55,529 nt of DNA from a virus (taxonomy: Duplodnaviria > Caudoviricetes): positions 1 through 55,529 of the IMG/VR virus record IMGVR_UViG_3300034104_002925. The stretch is one strand, 5' to 3'. The position numbers and the translations under genes are program-made. Positions within the stretch are counted from its first letter, which is position 1; each line of letters opens with the position of its first letter. Of the stretch, positions 39,701-48,768 are shown in pieces. The notes under the pieces were generated by a model. It searched no databases. It saw only the letters and a program-made list of their open reading frames with translations, and was not told where the DNA came from.

Positions 39701-41420
39701 TGTCTTAACAGAGGTTGAAAGATTAAATGCGTATGTGTTGTCTTTACAATCTAAAATTGAAGAAATTATTTCTGGTGGTATAACCGGTTTTACTTCCGAA
39801 ACACAGATAAATGAATTTTTGGCAATTAAACATGGAACAGATTATCAAGGATTTGAAATCTCTGTTGATTATGCGCATGAATTGGTAACTATTGCCCATA
39901 AGGCAATAGGTGATATAAATATCGGTAACATATTAGAAAAATTAGGAATTGGCTTTATTATCGGCATTTTAGATGCCTTTGGTTTGTCATTTATTGGTAA
40001 AACTATAAACATGGTTTACTCTACGATAGACACATACAGACTTCCTGAAGTACCTGAACCAAATCAATATCAAAATGGTTCAATTACAAGAGAATATGTT
40101 TACGAAAAAGTAAAAACTCAATCTGAATTCCCTGCATCAGTTGATAGGAAAAACGGTGGTTATTGGTGGGCTTGTCCGACCATTCCACTTACAAACGCGC
40201 GTTCACATCAAAATGATGCAAATTATGGAGATCCATCAAGAGACAGTGATAATGAGGGAGATTTAATTTTCCCAAATCAAGATATTTCGGCAACAGAAAG
40301 AACTGTCTTCTCTCAGTTAATTTCTTCAAACAAAGCAGTTGTTACTGTTCCAGTTTGGGATCCTTGGAATGGTCCTTCTTGGATTTGGGAAACAAATCAA
40401 GAAAATGATGAAAATGAATTTGGTAAGAAACACAGTTACTATACTGGATATATTCGTTCCAGATATGTTAAAGATTTGGGTAAAGATTTTTCTTCTTCAT
40501 ATGAACCATTTGCAGAAGAATGGAAACCATATCGTTATATTGATGGGCAAACTATGGTTAAAAATGAATTTGAACCAATCACATCTGGTTCAAAATTTGT
40601 TGGAAATCGTACTTATTATGTTGTAGACGAAAATAACGTGGTAATACCAATTAGAATAAATTCAAATACAGAAATCGCAAGATACTTGTACGATGTACCA
40701 ACTGGTTCAGTTGATATTACAGGAATTGCTTGGCAATATTCACTTGGTGTTCCTGGATTAGAATGGGAACGTGAGGCGTACATGATGCAAATATGGCCAA
40801 GATACCTATCAGATGTTGGAATCAAATACGAGATACCTCCTATTATAATAGAACCAGAAACACCAACTCCACCACCTGTAACTGGTGGACCAGATGTTCC
40901 TCCTCCACCACCACCAACTCCTCCGGTAAGATTACCTGATTTGACATTAGATTTAGGTGATGCTGGAAATCCTGCTAGATTGGATTGCGAATCGGTTAGA
41001 CAATTATTGGATGTGAAAAATAAAGAACGTGAAGACTTCGAGAAATTTATGTCATGGCCGGTGGTTAGAAAACAAAATGAATTAAATCCAAATAGTGATA
41101 ACATTCATAGAGACCCTATAACTGGTAGAGAGATATTATTACCATCCGAACCTGCAAGACTAAAACAACAATTGGATAGTATGCCTATTTATCCATGTAA
41201 AAGAATGAAGGTTGGAGACCAACAGTATGTAACAATCACGTCACAACAGTTTCCTGGTGTAACAAGAACATTCTTCTTTACAGTTGGACCAAATGGTGAA
41301 TGTCTGTGTATGATGATTCAACCTGGAAATGAAATACCAAGAACAAATAATCGTAGTGATACGAATGTGTTTGGTCAAACAAACCAAGATTTTACACAAA
41401 ATCGTAGTGGTATAATGTGA
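36786..41420 (+). CDS. giant hypothetical protein (1544 aa): ASH/Ig-like N-domain, glycine zipper, split OB-fold-like domain, Pro-rich hinge
   Basis: LDLGPINV...VSIQNLGDSDLEVTSM...FNSNDP; GGPLGAIIGAVVGAVIMGG; EYKGQLVTIKNVRF ... VDITGIAWQY...QIWPRYLSD. Confidence 0.85.
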   Translation: MAGPKIRALFDTTFGGLPPNAFKYLDLGPINVKRRESSNEYTVSIQNLGDSDLEVTSMEFINGINSFLSDGYNPGLDQSKSYGFVIRQLVQFPFIVPSGKLPVQNSFYNAYPVLKISYDGNGVPDDLLHNIFNLQIIFNSNDPTMGQDVDDGRGSKNHPVLFSGGRFNNITFGRVIVEASPKGRLSWDPNSNLVFEKNIHGYISTPKIKDTKLWNNYAKKRISDILNGSSRITISSFLKMNDFQNNGDFDDNLPEVKRVFDRFSDPLPPYDFMWPYGDYYPYNGLRRTIDYVSNSRVDKYFKRSRKYFNWDVDKSLVLTADSLREFGINPINVGQKRQRREWGFREKVLRGFPYFFPKYISPSKNSSQDPFNVNINTPCGTGPVIAGFVTAGSGIFGGIPSSANIGYDFIESQKTVNSPTDLPHTNPKTPTGLIFIQDETGAIGFSLGSDMRYMENPILHNSNFAESSLIFDKMHLGSLGIPKADYRQFLKEGDLVVIQLGVGLKYWHPVLGAEPRYWENLFGEEEFTKLQSSRKSSTPIIETSSTNTIEDKTNKPLKKTFTTPEGEVLEIDVTNSSNNDIQSSSGRKENFIPPYVDNWGAYTDRPSNNAMELAIDYDLFENETEPEIFDATLISRESAARYLEGIINVINGVVEGAKEGAREGTRLGGPLGAIIGAVVGAVIMGGAQVYLMETMFYRERYVLRSRSLRDGQYPYTTFYPIQEYHPWSTGTPIPIDNGMPYIMSDVFSVDTRERLAPAPKQITAAQLRGIPEDTWRWNPSLEWSIPKEHQDSFKELVKEVRTDEDTGETYFIEYFKTNPNSPYRLKKENQLEEFPGIRNEPVTPYTLNPGSEYKGQLVTIKNVRFINPPQKEYLVAKVASTEKLKRFKEDRATILSDLNKWISSGKDIKEFKIQIGDIPEIQSQIPKILSDVGDILKYGLPTIRLAITFMETFFKGELQKILGPEIVGGINTVLTEVERLNAYVLSLQSKIEEIISGGITGFTSETQINEFLAIKHGTDYQGFEISVDYAHELVTIAHKAIGDINIGNILEKLGIGFIIGILDAFGLSFIGKTINMVYSTIDTYRLPEVPEPNQYQNGSITREYVYEKVKTQSEFPASVDRKNGGYWWACPTIPLTNARSHQNDANYGDPSRDSDNEGDLIFPNQDISATERTVFSQLISSNKAVVTVPVWDPWNGPSWIWETNQENDENEFGKKHSYYTGYIRSRYVKDLGKDFSSSYEPFAEEWKPYRYIDGQTMVKNEFEPITSGSKFVGNRTYYVVDENNVVIPIRINSNTEIARYLYDVPTGSVDITGIAWQYSLGVPGLEWEREAYMMQIWPRYLSDVGIKYEIPPIIIEPETPTPPPVTGGPDVPPPPPPTPPVRLPDLTLDLGDAGNPARLDCESVRQLLDVKNKEREDFEKFMSWPVVRKQNELNPNSDNIHRDPITGREILLPSEPARLKQQLDSMPIYPCKRMKVGDQQYVTITSQQFPGVTRTFFFTVGPNGECLCMMIQPGNEIPRTNNRSDTNVFGQTNQDFTQNRSGIM

Positions 41421-41436
41421 TTTTACGATTGAATTG

Positions 41437-41444
41437 CTATTTAT
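41437..41444 (+). promoter_or_regulatory. putative late promoter CTATTTAT (island unit 3)
   Basis: Variant of the recurrent motif. Confidence 0.65.
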
Positions 41445-41472
41445 ATGATATATCATTTGTTTGAGGACTTCG

Positions 41473-42063
41473 ATGAAATTATCTAGTAGAAAACAATTAT
41501 TACAAGAAGCCGATGATGTGTTAAAAGACATATCAAAGAAGAAAGTTAATGAAATTGATTGGGATGCATATAAAACTTCTTTACAATATAAAAAAGGTCT
41601 ATCTACAAGAGAAATCAAAGTGGCTAATTGGCAATTAAAAAAAGAGTTAGAAAAGATCGAAGGTAAGTATAGAAATGTTAATGATCCATTATCTAAACAA
41701 AAAGAAATAGACGAATTGATTCGTTTTGCTGAAAAAGTGAAAAAACACGTTTCTGAAGAAAATTGGAAAGAAATACCTATTGATCCAAATGATCAAACAG
41801 AACTACAAAAAATGATTGTAAATACTCCACCATATCCAAAAGGTTTTAAATTTTTTAAAGATTTTGCAGAAACTCTCATTAAAGATCCAAAAACCGGTAT
41901 GTACTGGTCAAGGCATCATGGTATGCCAACACTTCCTCCCGAATGGAATAAAGATAAAGTTGAATATTCAATGCAAAAATATGAAACTGGTCCGTATGAT
42001 TATTCTCGTGGTTGGTTATACAATTTTTTAAAATGGATTTTACGATTTGGGAGTTCTACATGA
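41473..42063 (+). CDS. hypothetical protein with MKLSSRKQLLQE leader (possible capsid cargo)
   Basis: GAGG SD and ATG at 41473. Confidence 0.75.
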   Translation: MKLSSRKQLLQEADDVLKDISKKKVNEIDWDAYKTSLQYKKGLSTREIKVANWQLKKELEKIEGKYRNVNDPLSKQKEIDELIRFAEKVKKHVSEENWKEIPIDPNDQTELQKMIVNTPPYPKGFKFFKDFAETLIKDPKTGMYWSRHHGMPTLPPEWNKDKVEYSMQKYETGPYDYSRGWLYNFLKWILRFGSST

Positions 42064-42233
42064 ATAACAAAGAAATGTTTACAAAACACGAGATTATTGA
42101 TAAAGCAAATGAAGTAAAACTAAAAGAAAAAGAATACAATAACGTTATTAATCAAAAACCAAATGTAAAATCAGACAATATCGAAGATATAGTTGATTGG
42201 TTCAAACAAATATTACTCGTATTGAAAAAGTAA
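42060..42233 (+). CDS. small hypothetical protein (57 aa)
   Basis: ATGA overlap with the upstream stop; GGGAG SD. Confidence 0.65.
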   Translation: MNNKEMFTKHEIIDKANEVKLKEKEYNNVINQKPNVKSDNIEDIVDWFKQILLVLKK

Positions 42234-42247
42234 ATAGGTTATAATTT

Positions 42248-45200
42248 ATGGCAAAAGACATATGGTCGGTTTGTAGTTTCGTTGAAAAATACAAGTCAAC
42301 TTATAATGGTAAAGACTGGACAGACCCAAAACATAATGCATGGTCAAACTTTCCATGGGAAGATTTATCTTTAAGTCAAAAACAGTATATTAAAACTCTT
42401 TGGAATTTTTGGAATAAAGAATTTAAAGATCCTGGTAAATTCATATTCTTTGATATTATAAATTTGGCACCAACGAGTGGGGAAAATTATGGCTATCAAA
42501 CTAAACAAATATTGAATACAAGAAAAGATTTTTTTGTAAATATTCCAATTCCAATAGACCAGCAAACTAAAAAACGAGCACACGAATATGTTCCGTCAGG
42601 AGTATTTAAGCAATTACAAAGTCAACAAAAAAATTCCAATGGGAAAAAAACTGAATCCGAAATTCAAGGTATCATACTAAATAATGTAAAAATAGATGAA
42701 AATGATATAGAACATCCTGCTGAAAGTGAATTTAAACTGTCCTGGATGCGAGATTTAGTAGAACGTGGTGTAGAAGGTGTAATGGGACCATTTGTTGCGA
42801 GCTTAAAATCAGATGGATCTCCTAATAAAACTTCAGATGGAAGAGTTACTTTTAAAATAGACCAAAATTCTTTAGACCGATTTATAAATAATCGAAATGA
42901 TTATAAAAAAGCAATATGGGAAGATTGGTTACAGAGTCAACTTGATTTTGCAACAAAAGATCCAAAGGGTTATAATAATTCGCCATATCCTAAAGTTTCT
43001 CTGAAAGATTTACAGACTTTATCGAAAGATGGAAAACTATCAGAAGATGGTAAAGAACAATTTGTAATGACAGAAGTTATTTCTGGACAATTGACTTCGA
43101 ACACAAAAGGAAAAGAGGTATTTCAAAAATTGGCACTTGGTGCAAATGGAGAACCAATCTTTCGAGATGGTGTTATGGCAAAAGTCAATCCAAATTATAC
43201 CATAAGTGGGTGGATAAAAATACCTGGAATATACGGTGATAAACAATTACCTTGGCCATTTGTATGGCGATACATAGGTAGGGGAGGAATCTGGCAAAAA
43301 TCAGTATGGGAAACTTCTGGTGGCAAGGGAACTTTTATGCCCAGCGGTGTATCTGTTGTTGAAAAAATAGATATAGACGCTAAAAAACAAAATTCAAAAA
43401 ATATACCAAGTCATGTACCTTATATTGCAAACGGAACTGGGCCATCATATAGTTTTCTTGCTTTTGATGCTAGAAGTAGATTTTGGCATCATAGATACTC
43501 TACAAAAGAAATTCCCCAAAGAGAGCTATTGTTTCTTATCAGATACAAATACGGTGCAGCTGGTGCGGTTGGGGAAAGATTTGTTGCTGCATATGCCGAT
43601 CCACCAGCATTTCGTAATACATCACGTGTTACGGATGAAGTGGATAACATAAAACAATGTGGTGGTATACCATTGGAAGGAGTGACAATAAAAACAAAAT
43701 CAGGAGTTAGTAGAAAATATCAACCCTACAATGGAAATGAATTTACTAAAGATACTATATTTGATGAAAAAAAAATTTACAGATTACGTTCAAAATATAT
43801 TTGTCAAATTCATGATGCAGTTGGTTGGAATAGATTTGGTGGTGGTGATAGTGGCCATGTATTACCCGGTAGAACTGATTTAGGTACACCGTTAAAAGGA
43901 GAAGCTTTTGAAATAGTTGATTTTGATAAAGAACAAGGATATTATAGTTTTAATGGTGGAACTAGCGATAGACAGCCAATACAAGAAGGCGTGACCGATG
44001 TAACAGATGATTATAAACTCTATGAATATAAACGAGATTTTAAATTAGATGTTCAAAAAAATCATATATCTCTATGGAGACTTATTAATTTATCTAATTC
44101 AGAAAATCCCACTGGTTTAGTTGATCCAAATGACAGATTTGTCACATCTGATTCTATTATTTCAACTAATGAAATAAAAACAACATATTATAATCACGCT
44201 AAAGATTATTTGTTTAATTATCAAAATGCGTTCTATCCTGGACTTTATACTAACAAAGAGCTTCAATTTTTATATGAATTGGTATCTTATGTTTATTATG
44301 GTAGAACATCTAATTACGCAAATGGTGTTTATCAATTTGATTCTATATTTTCTTTTCCAAAAAGACAAAATAAACATAGATGGGCAGAACTCGGTGCAAC
44401 AAATTCTATTTTTCCTATACCCAATCCTGATTTATTTCCAAAAGACCAAAAGCCATTAATTGATATTGGAGATTCTGATACATATATTCCGTATCTAATG
44501 GATTACATATTATGGGCGGCACCAACAAATGAACAATTTAGAAAGGTAAAATTTTCAACTATTGAAGATACCTTCGTAAAGCGATATAAGGATATTCTGA
44601 TTAATTCTGGTAAAAATTGGATAGACATACGTTCATATCCGGTACATTTATTTGCAAAACAAATATTAGATAGTGAATCTTCTTCAAATCCAACAGTTCC
44701 TGCGTGGGTTCATTATAAGTACATATCTAGAACATTAAATTATGGTGAAAATGGTATAAATGCTGAATTAATAGACAACGATGTTTACCGAGTATTTGGT
44801 GGAAAGCGAGATACAGATGACATAGATCAAGGTAAATTAATCGCACTGCCTATGTTTGTTTTAGGTGGTAGACCGGATATTAAAAATGACGAAAAATGGG
44901 ATTCTTCGTGGGGACCTAACCCGTTTAAAATAGAAAACGGTGTTTTGACTGTTGGAAATATGGACAGTGTGTTGGATAACTGGGCAAAAAAAGAAAGATT
45001 ACATAATGGAAAATATGTTTCTGCTATGGAAATATTATTCTGGCTGAGATATAAAAGAGGGTTATCATCAGCACCCGCTCAGCGAACAATTAGGTATCCA
45101 ATAAATAAAGACTATAAAAAAATAAATTACAAATGGACTATCGATTCAAAAAATTATTGGCCAAAAGAGGCATTTATTTATTCCGAATCAATAAATACAT

Positions 45201-48200
45201 TCACTGTATCTCGTGAAACGATTGGTAAAGATGGAGAGCGTGAAATATTGGAAGACGGCGATATTTTACCAACAGAAACTCTCCACAATATTCCAATATT
45301 AACATCATATTACCATCCAATATATTCAGATGGTGGTGCAGACGAAGGTGTTTTGTTTAAAAATGCCGACCCATTGATGGATTTTGAAACGCAACAAAAA
45401 ATAAAAGGTATGGAAATAACTGCCTATACTGGGTGGAACAGTAAGTACGTTGCTCATTGGAATGGGGCGATGGAAATCCCAAAAGATTCCTTATTATCAC
45501 CACCAGTATCTGCCTATTTTTCAGACCAATATCCATCTTCTACAAGTAAACTTAATCAAGTTCATACAAAACCTTTTAAAAAAGTTCATGACTTTTATAT
45601 TTCAAATCAAAATGGTAAAAAATATGATTCATCGAAAGGTCTACTATATGGATTTAGTATCAATAAATTAATAAATACATCGGATATTCAAGCGTGGTTT
45701 CGAGCAATTAAAATGTTAGCTATACATGACTCATACGCAAGATATATTTCAGAAGGAATTACAAAACAAGAGGGAGATAACGGTAGTGTGATTCCAGTAA
45801 AAGCCGAAATAGTAAATACAACAAATAAAAATGAGCCAAAAAATACAATTATATTCATTTCAGGGGAGCCAATTGGTAATAGATATTCTCCTTCAGAAGA
45901 TTTTAAGATGGAAAATATATTACATAGACCATGGGAAGGTGTATTTGAGGGTCAACCCGAATTGAATGCTTTATTGGATGATTATTCATTGGGTACTAAA
46001 AATTGTACACCTCAATATAGATATATGAGACATATAATACAACCACTTGATTTTATGTATTTCTTTCCAAAAACAAAAGAAAATCCAAAAGGTTGGTACT
46101 CAGATGAACAATCATATAAAACTCTAAAATGGATGATCAGAATGATTCCAACAAAATCTTATACTGGGTTTGGGGTGGATACTTTTAATAAAATGGATAA
46201 ATTATCTTTAAGAGCTTTAATTTTGGGCGGATGTGTTTCTAACAATGTTGGTAAAACTCTACTAAAGTCACCAAAGAATTTTGGCATTAAAACTACAAAC
46301 GAATTAAACGTCGTCTTTCAGGCGGCATATAAAGGAGTTTGGGGTGCTGGTAAGTTTGGAAAAGTTATTTGGACTGCTAGTGCAATTAGTACAAAAATAA
46401 AAACAATTGGCGGTGCTTATTTTGAGTCTATAGGTAAGGAGGAACTATCTGTACGTGCTAAAAATCTCGAAGATTTTTTCAAATATAAATTAGATTATCC
46501 TTTGACATTTGGCAAATGGGGACTGAAACTTTTAAACGATATTAGAAACGGTGAATTTGATGAAGGTTCTATTACTTACTTTATAAAAGAAGGTGTAATA
46601 AAATTTTATGGTGACATAGTAAAAGATATTTCAAAACATGCATTTCAAGAAGCTATTGAAGAACTTGTAAGTGAAAGAAAACTTTCCAATTCGTTACAAC
46701 TCGCACGACTTGGTTCATTCGCAAATCTTGGATTAGTAATGCTTTACGAATTAATATCATGGCAAATAGATTTGGCTATAGAAAATTACAAAGGAGAGAA
46801 AAAAATAGAGGATATGTGGGCCCTTTTGAATGAAGCAACAAAAAACAATTGGGTTGAAGGTCCGTACATGGAATCAAAAGGAACAATTAGAATTCCAAAA
46901 GGTTCTGATGGAACTATTGCTGGGAATTATGATCCAAAAGAGTTAGAAAATCAAGGAATAAAAAATATACCAGCACAAACACCGTCTAGTAATGGTTTTT
47001 GGGAGGGACCTGTTCCAGAAATAGATTTGATTGAATTTGTAAATTTCCATAATAATAAATTTTATAAACCAAACGGTCTAGCAAAAACAATCGGTAAAAA
47101 TTTAAAAGAAGGGAGTTGTGAGTGTCAGTTTTTAACAAGTCTGTTTGCAGAAACACCGACGTTTAAAAGTGATTCAAATTATAGGGTAGAAGATAAAGGA
47201 ACTCCTTTTGACAGAAAAAATTGGAAAAAAGGACCTTTCATAAGACAATGGTTAGAACGTGAAAAAATAATAGATGATGCACCAACTTATTCGGATATTC
47301 CAATAACATTTGCAAAAGCGGAACGACCTGATTATAGGGTGAATAATCTTGTGTTTGATAGGCCATCCACTCAAATTAGTGATTTACAACAACCTGGTTG
47401 GGGCGCTGGTAGTCTTGGTCGTTCAAATAATATTAGAGTAAACGGTCAAGGTGGTACTGTTGCAGTTTCTATGGCAGATTGTCCTAGATTCTGGTGGCCA
47501 AATATACTTCATGTTCCAACTAGTGATGATTTGTGCCAATACATGGCAATTGATGGAAAATATCCAAGTAGAATGCCAGAAACATATGGATTGTGTGATG
47601 GTCTTACTAAACAAGATTTACAAAATAAAATTGCACTAGAACGAAACAGAAAATCAAATTATAATTTGGGCGATAATCAGTTAAGGCGATATTCTAGAAG
47701 TGGAACTAAACTTCTAAAGACAGATATACTATATTATCCAGTTGATAGATCATCTAATACAGATATTGGAAACCTACACACCGAATATAATAATGATGCA
47801 GATACTCGAAATAAAGTATTTATGGGGAATACTATAGTTTCATTACAAGGAGTTGATGGTATTGCACCACCACATGAAAGAGAAATAGTCAGATTATTTC
47901 GTATGAAGTATGGTATAGATATTGTTTTTCCAAATAATAACTGTTGTTCTATCGGTGAAGTATTGGAAGAGAACACATCAGCTGGAAGTGCATCAGCAAA
48001 TAATCTACAAAATAGACAAAATGACGCAACAAAATGTGAATATATTATCAAATTAAATGATGAACGTTTTCATAAGATTGTAAAAGAATCTTGTATCAAA
48101 AATAAAACACAGGATAATTCCCAGGAAAATGTTAATAGAGAACTGGCTAATAATACAACAAACAATATTAGAAAGCCAGATATTCGTGTAATAGACTCCG

Positions 48201-48688
48201 CAGTAATTTCTGGTTCAATTCAACTATCGATGGATTCAAGTCTTATTGGTGGTGGTTGGCCTGATAATAGAAGAAAAAAGAAATCAAGACGCAAAAATCC
48301 ATGTGTTCCTGGATGTGTAGATTGTTGTGATGAGGATAGACCAATACCACCTGGCGTTGAGGTTTCAGAAAGACAGATTGCAATTACAAATGTAGATACT
48401 ACATTTGCAAATAGTCCTTCTGCAAACCTGAATCGTTATCAGGCTATAAATAATACAATGGGAATTTTGGAAAATATCGGAAATTCATTTTCTTCAATTA
48501 TAGGTGGAATTCGAGGTTACTTTACAGAAGAAGTTAAAGAACCTAGATCAACTCCATTGGGTCCTGCAGATTCTGAAAAATCAAAAAAATATCGAGACTC
48601 TCTAAAGAAAAAACGTAGTGAGACACAACCACAACAATCAAATGAAACACTCACACAACCAAATACAAATACTACAAATACGGGATAG
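42248..48688 (+). CDS. giant hypothetical protein (2146 aa)
   Basis: Long ORF rich in Trp/Tyr/Pro; hydrophobic segment near 46700; C-terminal basic patch plus CVPGCVDCC. Confidence 0.85.
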   Translation: MAKDIWSVCSFVEKYKSTYNGKDWTDPKHNAWSNFPWEDLSLSQKQYIKTLWNFWNKEFKDPGKFIFFDIINLAPTSGENYGYQTKQILNTRKDFFVNIPIPIDQQTKKRAHEYVPSGVFKQLQSQQKNSNGKKTESEIQGIILNNVKIDENDIEHPAESEFKLSWMRDLVERGVEGVMGPFVASLKSDGSPNKTSDGRVTFKIDQNSLDRFINNRNDYKKAIWEDWLQSQLDFATKDPKGYNNSPYPKVSLKDLQTLSKDGKLSEDGKEQFVMTEVISGQLTSNTKGKEVFQKLALGANGEPIFRDGVMAKVNPNYTISGWIKIPGIYGDKQLPWPFVWRYIGRGGIWQKSVWETSGGKGTFMPSGVSVVEKIDIDAKKQNSKNIPSHVPYIANGTGPSYSFLAFDARSRFWHHRYSTKEIPQRELLFLIRYKYGAAGAVGERFVAAYADPPAFRNTSRVTDEVDNIKQCGGIPLEGVTIKTKSGVSRKYQPYNGNEFTKDTIFDEKKIYRLRSKYICQIHDAVGWNRFGGGDSGHVLPGRTDLGTPLKGEAFEIVDFDKEQGYYSFNGGTSDRQPIQEGVTDVTDDYKLYEYKRDFKLDVQKNHISLWRLINLSNSENPTGLVDPNDRFVTSDSIISTNEIKTTYYNHAKDYLFNYQNAFYPGLYTNKELQFLYELVSYVYYGRTSNYANGVYQFDSIFSFPKRQNKHRWAELGATNSIFPIPNPDLFPKDQKPLIDIGDSDTYIPYLMDYILWAAPTNEQFRKVKFSTIEDTFVKRYKDILINSGKNWIDIRSYPVHLFAKQILDSESSSNPTVPAWVHYKYISRTLNYGENGINAELIDNDVYRVFGGKRDTDDIDQGKLIALPMFVLGGRPDIKNDEKWDSSWGPNPFKIENGVLTVGNMDSVLDNWAKKERLHNGKYVSAMEILFWLRYKRGLSSAPAQRTIRYPINKDYKKINYKWTIDSKNYWPKEAFIYSESINTFTVSRETIGKDGEREILEDGDILPTETLHNIPILTSYYHPIYSDGGADEGVLFKNADPLMDFETQQKIKGMEITAYTGWNSKYVAHWNGAMEIPKDSLLSPPVSAYFSDQYPSSTSKLNQVHTKPFKKVHDFYISNQNGKKYDSSKGLLYGFSINKLINTSDIQAWFRAIKMLAIHDSYARYISEGITKQEGDNGSVIPVKAEIVNTTNKNEPKNTIIFISGEPIGNRYSPSEDFKMENILHRPWEGVFEGQPELNALLDDYSLGTKNCTPQYRYMRHIIQPLDFMYFFPKTKENPKGWYSDEQSYKTLKWMIRMIPTKSYTGFGVDTFNKMDKLSLRALILGGCVSNNVGKTLLKSPKNFGIKTTNELNVVFQAAYKGVWGAGKFGKVIWTASAISTKIKTIGGAYFESIGKEELSVRAKNLEDFFKYKLDYPLTFGKWGLKLLNDIRNGEFDEGSITYFIKEGVIKFYGDIVKDISKHAFQEAIEELVSERKLSNSLQLARLGSFANLGLVMLYELISWQIDLAIENYKGEKKIEDMWALLNEATKNNWVEGPYMESKGTIRIPKGSDGTIAGNYDPKELENQGIKNIPAQTPSSNGFWEGPVPEIDLIEFVNFHNNKFYKPNGLAKTIGKNLKEGSCECQFLTSLFAETPTFKSDSNYRVEDKGTPFDRKNWKKGPFIRQWLEREKIIDDAPTYSDIPITFAKAERPDYRVNNLVFDRPSTQISDLQQPGWGAGSLGRSNNIRVNGQGGTVAVSMADCPRFWWPNILHVPTSDDLCQYMAIDGKYPSRMPETYGLCDGLTKQDLQNKIALERNRKSNYNLGDNQLRRYSRSGTKLLKTDILYYPVDRSSNTDIGNLHTEYNNDADTRNKVFMGNTIVSLQGVDGIAPPHEREIVRLFRMKYGIDIVFPNNNCCSIGEVLEENTSAGSASANNLQNRQNDATKCEYIIKLNDERFHKIVKESCIKNKTQDNSQENVNRELANNTTNNIRKPDIRVIDSAVISGSIQLSMDSSLIGGGWPDNRRKKKSRRKNPCVPGCVDCCDEDRPIPPGVEVSERQIAITNVDTTFANSPSANLNRYQAINNTMGILENIGNSFSSIIGGIRGYFTEEVKEPRSTPLGPADSEKSKKYRDSLKKKRSETQPQQSNETLTQPNTNTTNTG

Positions 48689-48716
48689 AATATCTATTTA
48701 TATACATAATAATTTT

Positions 48717-48742
48717 AAAGGGTGTCTTATGATACCCTTTTT
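48717..48742 (+). terminator. rho-independent terminator closing the island
   Basis: AAAGGGTGTC-TTAT-GATACCCTTT followed by a T-rich tract. Confidence 0.8.
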
Positions 48743-48755
48743 ATTTTGTACAATC

Positions 48756-48763
48756 CTATTTAT
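48756..48763 (+). promoter_or_regulatory. putative late promoter CTATTTAT inside the inverted repeat ATCCTA-TTTA-TAGGAT
   Basis: Ends 5 nt before the ATG at 48769. Confidence 0.6.
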
Positions 48764-48768
48764 AGGAT

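Noticed and set aside
30576-48688. Giant ORFs as virion RNA polymerase subunits or tape measure protein
   Set aside because: No DxDGD-type polymerase catalytic motif was seen in them, and they lack the continuous Ala/Gly-rich helical periodicity of tape measures; not excluded without structure prediction
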